This document shows, one piece after another, positions 1-15,740 of a stretch of DNA of 64,000 nucleotides. The position numbers and the translations under genes are program-made. Location of the stretch: contig CM022668.1 in the NCBI GenBank assembly GCA_012295275.1, forward strand, positions 7,254,001 to 7,318,000, read 5' to 3'. Within the stretch, counting starts at the first letter, position 1. The number at the start of each line of letters is the position of its first letter. This DNA is from Chrysomallon squamiferum. Taxonomy: Eukaryota > Animalia > Mollusca. Below the pieces are notes generated by a model. The model did no database searches. It was given only the letters and a program-made list of their open reading frames with translations, and was not told the origin of the DNA.

Positions 1-163
1 ATATATAAGTAGGACAAAGATGTATGTATATATATGAACTATCTCAACAATAAATTGTCCATGGACCATGTCCAAAAATGAATAATCCATGGACCATCTG
101 TAAAAATAAATTATTTGTGGACAATAACAAAAATGAATCATTCACGGATCATTTGAAAAATCA

Positions 164-481
164 GTCCATGGACAATCTCTAAAAATATGATGTCCATAGA
201 CAGTCTCTAAAAATACCATGTCCATGGACAGTCTCTAAAAATACCATGTCCATGGACAATCTCTAAAAATACCATGTCCATGGACAATCTCTAAAAATAC
301 CATGTTCATAGACAGTCTCTAAAAATACCATGTCCATGGACAACCTCTAAAAATATCATGTCCATGGACAACCTCTAATAATATCATGTCCATGGACAAC
401 CTCTAAAAATACCATGTCCATGGACAATCTCTAAAAATATCATGTCCATGGACAACCTCTAAAAATACCATGTCCATGGAC
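164..481. repeat. 28-bp minisatellite, about 12 copies
   Basis: Unit GTCCATGGACAATCTCTAAAAATACCAT recurs at 164, 192, 220 ... 472; degenerate copies extend back to about 55. Confidence 0.95.
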
Positions 482-1109
482 CTCCTTTTAAGACTTCCAG
501 GACATGACAGACTCTTAAACTGAAGTTTTAACTTTTCTGCACTAACTGTAGTGCTATTGTCCTTTAATGACATCCTGATTTGTTTGCTTTATTGGTTTAT
601 GTTTGACAATACACTGCAGTCCACAGTCTCTCTCTCTCTCTCGCTCTGTGTTTTCTCAGATAAAACAGTGAATTCCCAGGCTTCTGCTGTTAATGCATAG
701 GTTAATACCTGAGTTATTTCCCAAAGGAGAGTTATGCAATCTCTATATGAATTGATTAACTTTATCGTTATGATGATATTATAAAGTGCTTTAAAATGAA
801 ATCTGGTTTCTGTTTTGGTGTCTCAGACCTCCCCCTTTTGTAACATTTTTTTTTTTTTCTATCGCAGGATGAGGATATTTGTGTTTCAGTAGTGTTTTGT
901 GTATTGTAAGCTAATAAAAGTAACTGTGTCAGTGTATTAAATAATGAATGGAAAAATAATTTAGACTTGTCAGCCATGAATAGTTCTTTACCGTAAACAG
1001 ATAGAAAATATGAATAAACCTGCACATATACAAGAATATGTACTCCAACACAAATATGTATCTACACACGCCTGGATTTGAAAAACACAAATTTATAGAT
1101 ATAGGCCTA

Positions 1110-1316
1110 TACATACATACATACATACATACATACATACATACATACATACATACATACATACATACATACATACATACATACATACATACATACATTC
1201 ATACATATATACATACATACATTCATACATACATACATACATACATAATTGTGTGTTGTATATGTTATGTGTGTGAAAAACAAATTTATAGATATAGGCC
1301 TATATATATGCATATA

Positions 1317-1348
<32 letters not shown>

Positions 1349-1350
1349 CA
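1110..1350. repeat. (CATA)n microsatellite inside a local duplication
   Basis: Long CATA run; the flank AAATTTATAGATATAGGCCTATA occurs twice (about 1089 and 1282). Confidence 0.9.
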
Positions 1351-2682
1351 CACACACAAACATAATTGTGTGTTGTGTATGTTGTGTGTGTGTGTGTTTG
1401 AGTTTGTGTTGGCTAGTATTAATAATACATTTTAATTGATTTTCAAGTTTATAAGGTTTAAAAATCAATTGTCTGAATAAAAGTTTAAAAATACGTTGTT
1501 GACTAGGATGTCTCTTGATTTGAAATATTATTAAATATTTACTGTTTACTGATGCTACATTTAGTTTCTAACAAAATTAAAAAACAAAAAGTTTAAACTA
1601 TATTGTTTAATAACACTAGATTTAAAATTTAAAAAAAAAGAAAGAAATTAAATATAAAAGTTTATAATGTATTGTTAATTGACAGAACTATTTTAGAAAT
1701 GTGTTTTTTCAATGACATATATTGAGATAAATATCTAAAGCACATCTGTTAATGCTTGTGATGCATATTCATTATAATCACATTTCTGCCTGTGTTTTTA
1801 ATAAAACATATAGAGTTCAATGACCTGTCTTTATTTCACAGATAAAAGTGATATTCATTATCCATACAGAGTTTATTTGTCTCTTTGTCATAGCTTCCAG
1901 GTAATTTAATTTAAGCTGATATAAATGAACTGAATGAATAAATGAAAATAAAGATCTGTGTTTTCAACAACAATACAATCATAACATTAACAATAGCAGT
2001 CATAATAACAACAACATAACAATAACAATCATAACAACAATCCTAATAATAACAACATAATAATAATAATCCTAATTATAACAATCATAACAATAACAAT
2101 CATAATAACAACAGTCCTAATAATAACAACATAATAATAACAATCCTAATAATAACAACATAATAATAACAATCATAATAACAATGTAATAATTAGTCAT
2201 AACCACAAACAACATTTCTAATTTTATATTTTATTATTGTTACTGTTATTATCATTGTTATTTTATTAATGCTATTATTGTTTTTGTTATTGTTATTATT
2301 GTTGTTAATGTTGTTATTGTTATTATGATATTAGTTTATGGAAATAGATATCTACACACTCCTAACAAACAACAGACACACACGCACACACACGCACACA
2401 CACACACACAAACACACACATACAAATAACTTACTATTCATTTACTCATATAGTTAGTACAACCATTTATTTATTGTCATTTAATTTTATTAATTTTTAC
2501 TTCATCGACAGTATCGTACTATAAACGTCTGTGTTGTTTAAATAGTTTGTTTATAAACTTCAGTGGTTAATACACAGTTTGTCAAGCTAGTAAAATGAAT
2601 CAATATATGATACAGAAAACAATGAACGTGGATCTGTGCCAGTATGTATGTATGTATGTTGTGTGTGTGAGTGCATGTGTGT

Positions 2683-2740
2683 TTATGAGTCAGCCCGTGT
2701 AAGAGTGTGTGTGTGTGTGTGTGTGTGTTTATGAGTCAGC

Positions 2741-2786
<46 letters not shown>

Positions 2787-2796
2787 ATGAGTCAGC

Positions 2797-2840
<44 letters not shown>

Positions 2841-2937
2841 ATGAGTCAGCCAGTGTGGGTGTGTGTGTGTGTGTCTGTGTATGTGTGTTTATGAGTCAGC
2901 CTGTGTGGGTGTGTGTGTGTGTGTCTGTGTATGTGTG
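2683..2937. repeat. Compound minisatellite: TTATGAGTCAGC + (GT)n, 5 copies
   Basis: TTATGAGTCAGC at about 2683, 2729, 2786, 2839 and 2889, each followed by a GT run. Confidence 0.9.
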
Positions 2938-3999
2938 GATATGCACGTGTGGATTTAATAATTATGTGAATGTTTTTCTATATGGGTACATCTAGTTATA
3001 TAAGAATATAAATATATATATTTAAAGAAATTGTTTTTCATAAAAATTCAAATTCCTCATCTTACATTGCTCTTTAATCTCCACCCAAACATTATCATTG
3101 AGGTACACAAAACATTTCAAATGAATTCTTCTTTGCATGACTTAACTCTTCATGGCCCATACACTAAGGAAATGAACAGACACTAGATTATAGATATCTG
3201 TGTTTGTACGTACATTTATGCATGTCTTGCATTTGATAATATAAAATGGGTGGAGTCATTTTTGAATGTAATACATCATCTAGAATATTAAACTTAAATA
3301 TAAATGTAATTTTTTTGTGTGTTACAAGTTGAGCGTGTTCTGAATAAAATGCATGTACGCAGCATCTAATCAAAATAACAGAATATTCATTCCTAAACAT
3401 GTACATATTATATACGTAAATATATGTGCACATAAACACACATACACATGAATTTAATATAATACAATATAATAATAATTAAAAAATTAATAATAAATTT
3501 ACACCCCCCAAAAAAAAAATACCCCTGCACCATCAAAACAATAAATTAAGCCAGTCTTTCATTTCAGATGATCATTTGAATATCGAGTTTAATTTTATCG
3601 GCATTTCGGAATTTTATTTTATTTCAGATTTTATATTATAAATTTTTATTACACGTTGTATTGCAATACAAAGAACTGTGAGAAATGACAGATGTGTTTA
3701 TTGCGAGTCACGCGCCATTTTGTACTCTTATAAGTGTATGCATGTATAAAGATAAGTAGATGTAAATGCATGTGTAAATGTGTGCATGAATGACAAACAC
3801 GTGCCTTTACAATATATATTTTTTGTAATTCAAATACTAACACATGTTCTCATGCATACATACATAAATATACGCATATATACATACATATAAACAATGA
3901 AATACATATACAAAGATACACGTATTAATATACTTACATACTTACACACACTGCTAACCCACCCACTACCACCACCACCACAGACATACTGATCTGTCC

Positions 4000-4022
4000 A
4001 CCCACTCACACACAGACACACA

Positions 4023-4061
<39 letters not shown>

Positions 4062-4062
4062 C

Positions 4063-4094
<32 letters not shown>

Positions 4095-4345
4095 TATACA
4101 AAGATACACGTGTTAATATACTTACATACTTACACACACTGCTAACCCACCCACTACCTCCACCACAGACACACACTCACACACACACACACACACACAC
4201 ATACACATACACACATATACACATACATACATACACTAATATACACAGACACACATAGAGACACAAACATATATACAGACACACACAGACACTTTCTCTC
4301 GCTCATTACTTGTGACTCACACATCCATGTACATGCACACACAGA

Positions 4346-4399
<54 letters not shown>

Positions 4400-4426
4400 C
4401 ACACACAGACATGCAATGCACACACT

Positions 4427-4462
<36 letters not shown>

Positions 4463-4465
4463 CAT

Positions 4466-4506
<41 letters not shown>

Positions 4507-4535
4507 CACACACACACACACACAGACAAACACAT

Positions 4536-4572
<37 letters not shown>
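4000..4572. repeat. (CA)n-rich microsatellite block
   Basis: Interrupted CA runs; source of the spurious HT/VC ORFs. Confidence 0.9.
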
Positions 4573-4575
<3 letters not shown>

Positions 4576-5307
4576 GTGGAGTGATGTTAAATATATAAAA
4601 CATTCCAGGTGGTGTGTAACAACAAACTCTGTGTCAGAAAGTGATTAATGAAGAATTTTGTTTATTTATTGCTCCTCTCGGAGATTATTTATACCTCAAC
4701 AGAACTCACTCACCTCTATGTTTACCTGTTGACCCTCTATATCTTACCTGTTACAGAGGAAAAGTTAGGGAAAGATCAGCTGGGAGTGACTCAGTTTTGT
4801 CTATAGTTACATTAAGAATGACTTTTATAATCTTTTTTTAATAAAATTGTACGTTGTCATCGTCATATAAAAAAAAAGAGAAGTTTTTTCATAATTAAGA
4901 TATGGATGATTTCAAATTTAAAAATAATTTCTTTTATGCTGTATGCACATGCAGACATGCATGTAGATATTCACTATCTTTATTATATCATTGCCACCTA
5001 TATTTTTTAGTTACATAATTTATAACTTTTGTACATGCACACGCACATGCACACATAGAGTCACGCATATATACATGCACAGACACTATACATACATACT
5101 ACATACACTGACACAGATCGTATTGATTGTTTTCTTTGTAATGTGTGAATACTGATTTATTTAACTTGCATTGCAAAACTGCATGTATAACATTCAAGTA
5201 TATAAACATATCTGTTTATTTATCTGTCTTTTATATCTATGGATATACATTTTTTCTCTTTATTTTCTCACCAGTTTTTTTTGCTTTCTTCTGTATCTTC
5301 TTACTCA

Positions 5308-5390
<83 letters not shown>

Positions 5391-5515
5391 TCTCATATTT
5401 TCTCTTTCACTCTTTCTTATGTTAATTTCTTTCTGTAAGATGTTATCCACAATGTTCCATTCTTTGCATCCACAATTTTTTTCATTTCTTTCTTGTAGCT
5501 TATTCTTTTTATTTA

Positions 5516-5608
5516 TTTTTTTGCAGTAACACTTGAATGAATACCTAGGTAATATCTACTATCTAACATTATTATCTATGTAGTCATTCAAGTGTTACTG
5601 CAAAAAAA
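5516..5608. repeat. Near-perfect inverted repeat (39-bp arms, 15-nt loop)
   Basis: 5516-5554 matches the reverse complement of 5570-5608 with 3 mismatches. Confidence 0.85.
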
Positions 5609-6023
5609 AAAATAAGAAAAAAGAAAAGAAAAAAAAGAATATGCAACAACAAATGAATAAATCTTTTATTTCTTATCACACCTGATAAGAATAATAATAA
5701 TAATTAAAAAAAACTACTACAGCTTTAATAACAGTATCCTAAGAACTAAAGATTAAAATATAATTCCTATAATATCAAACAACCTGCAAAATAATAATCA
5801 AAAAGCCCCAAACCAACAGGAAACAAAATCCCTAGTTACAAAAACAAAACCAAAAACAACTCATTTGAAAAACAAACCAGTACTTTCTGTTCATTAAAAG
5901 TGACCAAGAAATGATATATATATATATATATCTTCGGTCATTCACCTGAAATGAAATATTACCCTTTTTGTACTCAAATTATTTATTAGTCATTATCATA
6001 TGTCTGTGATATATACAAGCTAG

Positions 6024-6104
<81 letters not shown>

Positions 6105-6754
6105 TTTCATATTGTAAACAGCAGTATTTTATATCATTGTTATTTATATGTGTGTTGCGAAAGAGTTTTCTTTATGTGAAAATATTGCGTGCTTTGTGGG
6201 AGGGACTGCTTAGGCCTGTCACTGTGTTTGTGTCAAATTGTAGGTGGCAAAGGTTTGTCATTTGTGGGTGGGGGAGAAATCTATGGTTCTGTATGGTTGG
6301 TCATGCGTAAAAATATTATCCTGTATTTAGGTCAGGTTGTGTTTAGGATAAATGTTTTATGGACGTAGTTTTGACTGGCTTTTGTATGCGTGAGAGTAAG
6401 GGTTGAGTATGTACGTGCCTCTGTGTGTGTGCGTGTGTGTGTGTGCATGCATGCACACATGCACATGTAGGATATCTGTAGCATTAGTTTGTCTTTGTAT
6501 GTGAAACAAACAAATTAACAAAAAAAAAATAATAATAATAAATATATAAATAAATAAACAAACAAACAAGATAAAAAATAAAAAGGAGAAGTATCCCCTC
6601 AAATTCATATTAGAAAATAGGCATTGATACACCTTCTATTGGGATCTGAAGAGTTACAGGATCAAAATCCACTGGGAGAATGATTTTTGATTCTATTTCT
6701 GCTTTTTCTATTATTATTATTGTTGTTGTATTACATTTATTATTGTTATCAGTA

Positions 6755-6801
<47 letters not shown>

Positions 6802-7242
6802 TAATGCCTGTAGAAGTTTGTTTAGCTGCTAAGAACAAGTTAATTTTCTTTTATTATTACTCTAAATTGTTTCTGTTGTTCTTGTAATTATTGTTGTTGT
6901 TATTGTTGTTGTTATTTTTCTCTCTTTCCTAAGGACTGTAATTTTTCTTGGTCTGGTTTCACACATGAAAATGCCATCATGAAACAATATCAATAAACTC
7001 AACTTGACTACGTGTTTGTCAAACAGCAGGTGTTGCTTTTCTTGTGACATACTGGTCTTGTTACCTAGTTCACTATTGAAAATCTATACACAAAAACTCC
7101 CACTAAACTATATTAGTAAGAGGCATGTAAGACACTGTTTAAATTATTCTTGAAAATACATATATACTGAAATAATGTACAGGGTACATGCAAATTTTTC
7201 ATGTAGACATCAATAGACTTAAATGCACATATATTTTGAAAT

Positions 7243-7301
<59 letters not shown>

Positions 7302-8847
7302 CACATAATGATACAAATTCATACACTTTGTTTTCTTTCTAGTGTTTGATATATTAATTCAGTTTACTTGCATGACAAACTGTGTGTTAACCATTCAAGT
7401 TTATAAATAAACTATTTTAACTGACAGAAAAACAACACACAATTGCTTATATTATGATACTGTCCATGAAGTAAAATTTGTAATACTAATTGTATGTGTA
7501 CGTTTAAGTGTGTGTGTGTGTGTGTGTGTGTATGTCATTATCTGTGTGCATGTGTTTACATGTCTGTTTGTATCTAAGTGTTTATATATGTGGTATTTGC
7601 AAAATATTTATTAGTATTGTTTCTTTTCTATTGTTATTTATTTAAAATTGCATTAATCATTTCATCATCATTGTGATCTTATTGTATTTAATTGTTCACT
7701 CACACATTCACAGACAAAAACACACATACACATATATTCATATACACACACACACTCACACTCACATATACATACATATACACCTACATGCATTTACACA
7801 CATACATACACACACACACACACACACATACATACATACATAAATTTAGTGATGATGTAATAATGCAGATGAGTTTCTTTGTGTGTTGCCGTCACTGCGT
7901 CACGCACCCACAGCAGCTGTTACATCAACGCAGGGTTCCTCGCACTGTGTTCAGCGCGGATCAACCAATCGAAATCAAGTAAAATATGTTTGTGGGTCAA
8001 TAACTCGAGAGTTCACATCGTTTTTCTCTCTTTTTTATTGATTAACATATATCTCTGTTTTTTTAGTCTTCCTCTTTTTTTTTTTTTTTTTTTTTATTAT
8101 CGCTGTTAATTATGATCCAGAAGTAATCAGAATTTGAAAAACATAACCTGGTTTGTTTTGTATTTCAGTTTTGTTTCTGTTTATGTCCACTTTGTATGTG
8201 TTTATGTTTTATGTACCCATGTTTATGTTTATAAGTGTATTTATGTCTTATTTGTATGCGTTTAATACATATATGCTTATATTTATATGTGTTTATATTA
8301 AATTTATAAGCATGTTCATGTGTATTTATATTTAATGTTCTTCTGTGTTTAACGTATACTATATGCATTATGTTAATGTATGTGTTTATCTTTAATGTTT
8401 GTTTATGTTTAATATATAACGTTTATATTTTATGTCAGTTTTTATTTCATATATATTGTGTTGTTGTATAGGTTTATGGCTGTATATGCAAATACATTTG
8501 ATATATGTGTTTATTTACTTTAGTTTACGTATATACAGTATATTTTTTATCTGTGTGTTTGTGAGTGTGTACATTTTATATATATTTGTGCCTGTATATG
8601 TGTGTGTGTGTGTGTGTGTGTTTTGTAACTATACTTTCTGTTTTCATGGGGGGGGAATGAGGAATGCAAAACACTTTTTTAATGTAATGATAATAACAAT
8701 ATAATGAAAAAATAACATTAATTATAAAAACCCAGCAACATCAAAATAGTGAATAAAATTAATATTAAAAAAGTTTGACAAATCAAACACACACCATTAC
8801 GATCTTTACTTACTTATATATAAGAACAAAACCCCCAAAAAAAAACC

Positions 8848-8915
<68 letters not shown>

Positions 8916-9401
8916 CAATAATAAGAAAACAAATAAGAACAAAAAAAAAAAAATAACAGTAAAAAAAAAAGAAAAGAAAAGGAGGGAAAAAAATGTGATG
9001 TTTATATTTAAACGAACTCGCCATATGCAAGTGATAAAATATTTTTGGTTCTATCCCAAAAGCATTTGGCACATTAATATTTGGTGAAAGTCTGGCAGTG
9101 TTGTTCTTGTTCCAGTGTGTGTAAGGAACTCTGCTGGTCATGTGACTAGCTAGGCGGGCAGGGTACAGTTGTGCAGAATGTGGGTGAGTGGGGCAATGGT
9201 TTTTGACTGATAAAGCCCACTGTATTGTTGTGGAAGGCGCTCTGTGACCTTTGACCTTTAGTTCTTTATTCCTAATCATCCTCCCTCACATAATCAAATG
9301 TCGGAGGGGGGGATTATGTTTGTGTTGTATAGAGGGAGGGAGGGAACAGTGAGTTTTTTTAGTTTGTTTTTGTAGCCTTTTATATTAGTTTTTATCCAGT
9401 A

Positions 9402-9447
<46 letters not shown>

Positions 9448-11518
9448 ATGCATATATATGTATGTATATATGTATATGCATATGTATATCCTTGTTTTTA
9501 TGTTTGAATTTATCTGTTATATACAAAATGTGTGTGTGTGTGTGTATGTGTGTGTGTGTGTGTGTGTGTCTGCGTGTGTGTGTATGAAAATCATGTTAAA
9601 TTAATGATTAATTTCCAATGATTAATTTTAAAACATGCAAATGTATAAATTTTGCAAAAACAAACTCAAATACATACAGAAACAAACATCTTAAAATAGA
9701 CATAAAATGATTTTTAAAAATGGGACAGAAAACATAATCATAATAAAATAAAAAATACAAAAAGATAAATAACAAAAATTAGAAAGAAACTGCAGGTTTT
9801 TTAATTAAGTGGAGTTTCTTGCCTCTCTCACCTGCATCGTTTGTTCATCTTTATGACAACAATTTATAAATTTTTATAATACCAATTTATTAATCTATAT
9901 AATGTCCCTTTACACACAAAAAAAAAAAAGAAAGAAAAGAAAGTAAAGTAAAGAAGAAGAAGAAGAAAAAAGCCTCAAACTGATTAAAGGAGAAGAAATC
10001 ACTGGTGTCATTAAGATTTGTAACGTTCGGTCATTCACACTCAGCCCTGTTTTGTTCACCAGTCTTGTATTTAGATCTCTTGTTTACCATCTTATTGATT
10101 TTTACTATTTGTAAACAGTTTCATCCTTCAGGTCTTTCTATTCTCTGTTTTCATGCTTCAGATACCTCTTATACATAAATGAAATACCAAATGTTTCCAC
10201 ACGTCACACACACACACACACACACACAGGAGCGACCTACAAACCAGCAGTCAGTTTACAAAAACATTATTTCTAAAAGGCCACGGCTGATGTCATCAGC
10301 ATTCATTGATCTTTTTGTTTATACAGACATCGGCTGCCAATCTTCTTTGACTTTGATATGTGACACCTTCGTCAACATCACTCCCCCATCTCATTACAGA
10401 TAACCGCCCCCCTCTTTTTTCTTCTTCTTCTTCTTCTTTTCACGTCTGTCTTGCTGACCTGTCTCTGAACACACACACACACGTCCACTGCATGTCTGTC
10501 TGTCTGTCTGTCCAGCCGTCTTTCTCTCTCTGCCCGCTACTTTTCCTGGCTTCTTTTGCACGTTGATGATGATGAAGCCGCAGTGACGACACAGGCATCC
10601 TGACCTGCACTCTGACCTACTGTGTGGCAGAAAGTCGGTCAGGTGTTCCGACTGCGATTACTGATCAATGGGTACAGTATTGATTCAGTGCGTAAGCGGA
10701 ATAAGATTCTGTAGTAAATATCTACAGGCCTCAGTAGTCTTTGGATGTGTTTATCTGTCTGTGGTAAGTTTTTCTTTGTTGTTCTCTCGCTTTTACTGTT
10801 AGCTGTATTTCACTGGCTATATAATTTTATTACACATATATATATATATATATATACATACACATACATATATATATATATACACATATACATACACATG
10901 CACATACGTGATTTTTATAGTACTCGTGGTATATACGCTAAGTGTGAAATTAATTTACATAAACATGGGTTGAGTGTTTCTGCTGTTTGCACACACACAT
11001 ATTGTGTGACAGTGAACTAATACGAAGTTTTTGCTGGGTTCAGGAAGTCTGTGTGTTTTCCTGTCTCAGCCTGTGTGAGTTATCTGGTTAGGTAATATAT
11101 ATAAATAACAGAGACACAGAGGCCACGTGTGTGTCACACTTGTGTGTCTGTGTCCGTCTCAGCGACAAGGAAGTGACCTGTTGCTCTCGTATTTTTAAAC
11201 TGTCTCAGTTTTGGGCTTTTTTCTCAACCGTTTCGGATGGTATACATTGCATTATAAATATTGTACTTTAGTCTTTCTTCGTTTTGTTTTCGCTTAATAA
11301 GTGTATGCTACGTTTAAGTTACGTTTCTTTTTTTTTTTAAACCACTTTTGTTTGTGGACATTTAAAATATATATATATATGACAAAGTTAGGTTGTTTTA
11401 TTTATTTAGTAATTTTTTTTTTTTTTTTTAATTATTAAATTGTTAACTTTTTAATTTAGTTTTTAATGACTATAAATCTACATTCATACATACTAATATA
11501 CATACACGTAACATACAT

Positions 11519-11550
<32 letters not shown>

Positions 11551-11852
11551 GTATGTACATACATGCATACACGCATACATTCATACATACATATATTCAT
11601 ACACAAAGCTACACACACACACATTTATTTATTTATTTATTTTGTTTTAATTATTAAATTGTTAACTTTTTAATTTAGTTTTTGTGTCAAATAATATTTT
11701 TTATTTTAATGACTATAAATCTATATTCATACATACTAATACACACACACACACACACATATATATATATGTATGTACATACATGCATATATGCATACAT
11801 ACATACATACATATATTCATACACAAAGATACACACACACAACACACACACA

Positions 11853-11888
<36 letters not shown>

Positions 11889-12620
11889 AAACACACATTT
11901 TTTTGCTGTACTCCTACAAATGACAGACGAGGTAGGTTATTTAATTTATTACATGATTGGCTTCCATCACAGCCTGACCACTTTACAGAATGATTAATGA
12001 TATCCTCGGGCAACACGCTTAATTAATATTATCTACCTGGTGAACCCATTCATCTTCACCTGCATGAACTTTTAATAGATTTCTACCAGGTTGGGTATGT
12101 ACTGCCCTGCATGTTCATCATTTATCTGCAAATCATGCCATTATTTCTGCTACTACTACTACTACTATAAATACAGCATCTTCTACTACTACTACTGCAA
12201 CTACTAATTCTATTTCTTCTGCTACTATTACTGTTACTACTACTACTACTACTACTGTTACTACTACTACTACTGCTGCTACAACTACTATCACTACTGC
12301 AATGTCAGTGAGTAGGTTTGTGTGGGTGTGTGTGTGTATGTATTCTGTGGGATAGGTTAGAATAAAAAAATAATGATTAGGGAAGTTTTCCTCGTTGCCT
12401 GTGAGTGGGTGTCTGTACAAATGAATGTATATGATATTGTGATATGCACTTAGTGTATGTTTATGTAGATTATAGGGGAATAAGAGGCAATACTAGTTAG
12501 AGGTGAAGTACCTTAATTATGTTTGCTCAGATATGCGTATACACACACAGATACTTGTCTGGGTGTGTGTGTGTGTGTTTCTGTATATGTATGTCTCTTG
12601 TTTGTTTTTTGTTTTTGTTT

Positions 12621-13093
<473 letters not shown>

Positions 13094-13526
13094 CCACATG
13101 CACACACACTTATAAACACACACAGAAATACACATACACATACAGGATATATCTAAAACATGTTCAGTATAGAAACCTATTTATATTTCATCATAATGTA
13201 ATATTCTCCACTAATGCTTGTTTTGAACAGATACAGAGACAACAACAACAACAGCAGCAACAGCTGACTCAGTCTTGTTACTTAATTTTATATTTCAGTG
13301 TCAATGTATTTATTAAATAGTAGTTTTACTGATGTAACAGAATAACAATTTCCATACTAACAACAGTGATGTAAACAGCATCTACATCAGCAACAAAATA
13401 TCAACAAGAAAATATATATATATATTCAATCACATGCACAAATAAATACATACATACATACATACATAGACCACATATACATATATATATATAAACAAAA
13501 AATATATAAACATGCAACACACACTG

Positions 13527-13560
<34 letters not shown>

Positions 13561-14878
13561 CACACACACACACACACACAAACACAAATGCATACATACA
13601 TACAAACACTAACACACACCACATTCACACACATAATACACAGACACACAGACACAAATGTTCACACACAAACACACAGGTACACTCACACACACAGACA
13701 TACTGACAGACGCAGTATTAGAAGTAAAGAAGCAGATTTCTCGGCTGTTGACCTCACTTCCTGGTTTGCTGTGCAGTTGTAACATCTGTTTGATGTGTGA
13801 CTGGTCACCACTCAGCTACGTTTGTTATTTACCTTCCTGGCAGAAAATTACTCTCTTCTTTCCCTTATTGATCCGTTCTTTACAATTGTTCTTGCAAACC
13901 AGGCATCTGTGATGTGTGTTCCACACCAGTGAACTCAGACACGCTCCCCTGATTTTTATTTATTGTTACGAGGTCACTGTTAAAATAAAATAAAAGTTAT
14001 TATGTGTGTATGAGTGTGTTTGTGTTGTGTATGAGTGTGTTTGTGTTGTGTGTGAGTAGATATATATAAAAAAAAATTTAAAAAAATAAAAGATTGGTAA
14101 AATGGAGTTTTTAAGTATGTTTGTTTTTTAAAAAGAGTTAATTTTCATGGAATACAGAATTTTCTAGAGTACAGAGAATACCTTTGTCATTATAAAGGAA
14201 TTTTATGTTGGGAGTGTTTCAGGGCAACCATGGAATTTTCAAGGAAGAGAATTTTAAGTCATCCATTTTTTTTTATATGTTTACTCTTTGTTGATTTATT
14301 TATTCTGGTTTTTTTTTTTCATTATATTTATTTATTTTTAATTTTTAACTTACTTAACGTTTTTCTTATCTATCTTTCTTTCTTTATATTTAACTTTTAG
14401 TTTATTTAAAGGTAGTAATTTTGTTTTTATCATTATTTATTTATGTATTATTTTTTGTTTGTTTGTTTGTTTATAAATTAAAATTTTACAAGCTGCCAGT
14501 TTCTGTTACCAGCTGATTACATCTATGGGTGTCATTTCTTTCCCACTTAAAACAGGAAATTAATCTGTAACATTTAATTATTTTCCTCTTCAAACTTTCT
14601 CCGCAATCTCAGGTTTCTTTTTTCCAATTAACCACAGTGGCTTTCAAGTACTTCTTTAACTTTTAGAATGTACTTACTAAAAAAACAAATACAAGGACAC
14701 ACACACACACAAACACACAGACAGACACACACACAAACACACACAGACTCACATATATAAAACATACATAACATACACATACACATTCTTACACAAACAC
14801 AGCGACAAACACAATCACACAAACACACAGACACACACAAACACACAGACATATACATAGGCATGAACACATGGAAAT

Positions 14879-14931
<53 letters not shown>

Positions 14932-15319
14932 TCCATTAATCACTCCATTTATAAGTGTTTATTAAGAAACAGAAAGAAAACGCGACTCATTTGAAAACTA
15001 ACGTTTACGAATACTACGTCGTGTTTACATGTGGTAGTTGTTGTCTTCAGCTGATGTTACAACGACGCTGCACGACAGAATAATGATTTGTGAAGTAGAT
15101 GTAAGATTATTATGTCAGTGTGGCTGTGTTTTTCTGCTGCAGTACAAGAAATCAATAAACACTTCTTTGATCCTCGCAGAATACGTGCGTCATTTGTACA
15201 AATAACAGAGGTGGAGAGTCCCAGCGAGTGGGGGGGTAATCTGTTTGTGTGAATGAGAGAGAAAGAAGTGGAGAGAGAAAAAAAAAAGAAGAGAGATGAG
15301 GGGAAAAAAAAGGACTGAA

Positions 15320-15740
15320 AGAGCAAGGTGAATGAATGAAAATGAAAGAAAAGTGAGAGAAGGAGCATAGTGAATGAATGAAAGAGAAGTGGAAGTGAGA
15401 GCAAGAGGAATGAATGAATGAAAGAAATAGAAGTGAGAGAGAGAGCAAGATGAATGAATGAATGAAAGAAATAGAAGTGAGAGAGAGAGCAAGATGAATG
15501 AATGAATGAAAGAAATAGAAGTGAAAGAAGGAACAAGGTGAATGAATAAAAGAGAAATAGAAGTGAGAGAAAGAAGATGAATGAATGAAAGAAAAATAGG
15601 TGTATGAATAAGAAACAGAAGTGAGAGAAAGAGTGAGGTAAATGAATGAAAGACAAATAGAAGTGAGAAAAAGAACAAGGTGAATGAACAAGAAAAAAGT
15701 GAGAGAAAGAGCATGTGAATAAATGAATGAAAGAAAGAAA
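15320..15740. repeat. Purine-rich minisatellite, unit about 37-41 bp
   Basis: Recurrent GAATGAATGAAAGAAATAGAAGTGAGAGA...; explains the F/S/L/H-rich minus-strand ORFs. Confidence 0.85.
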
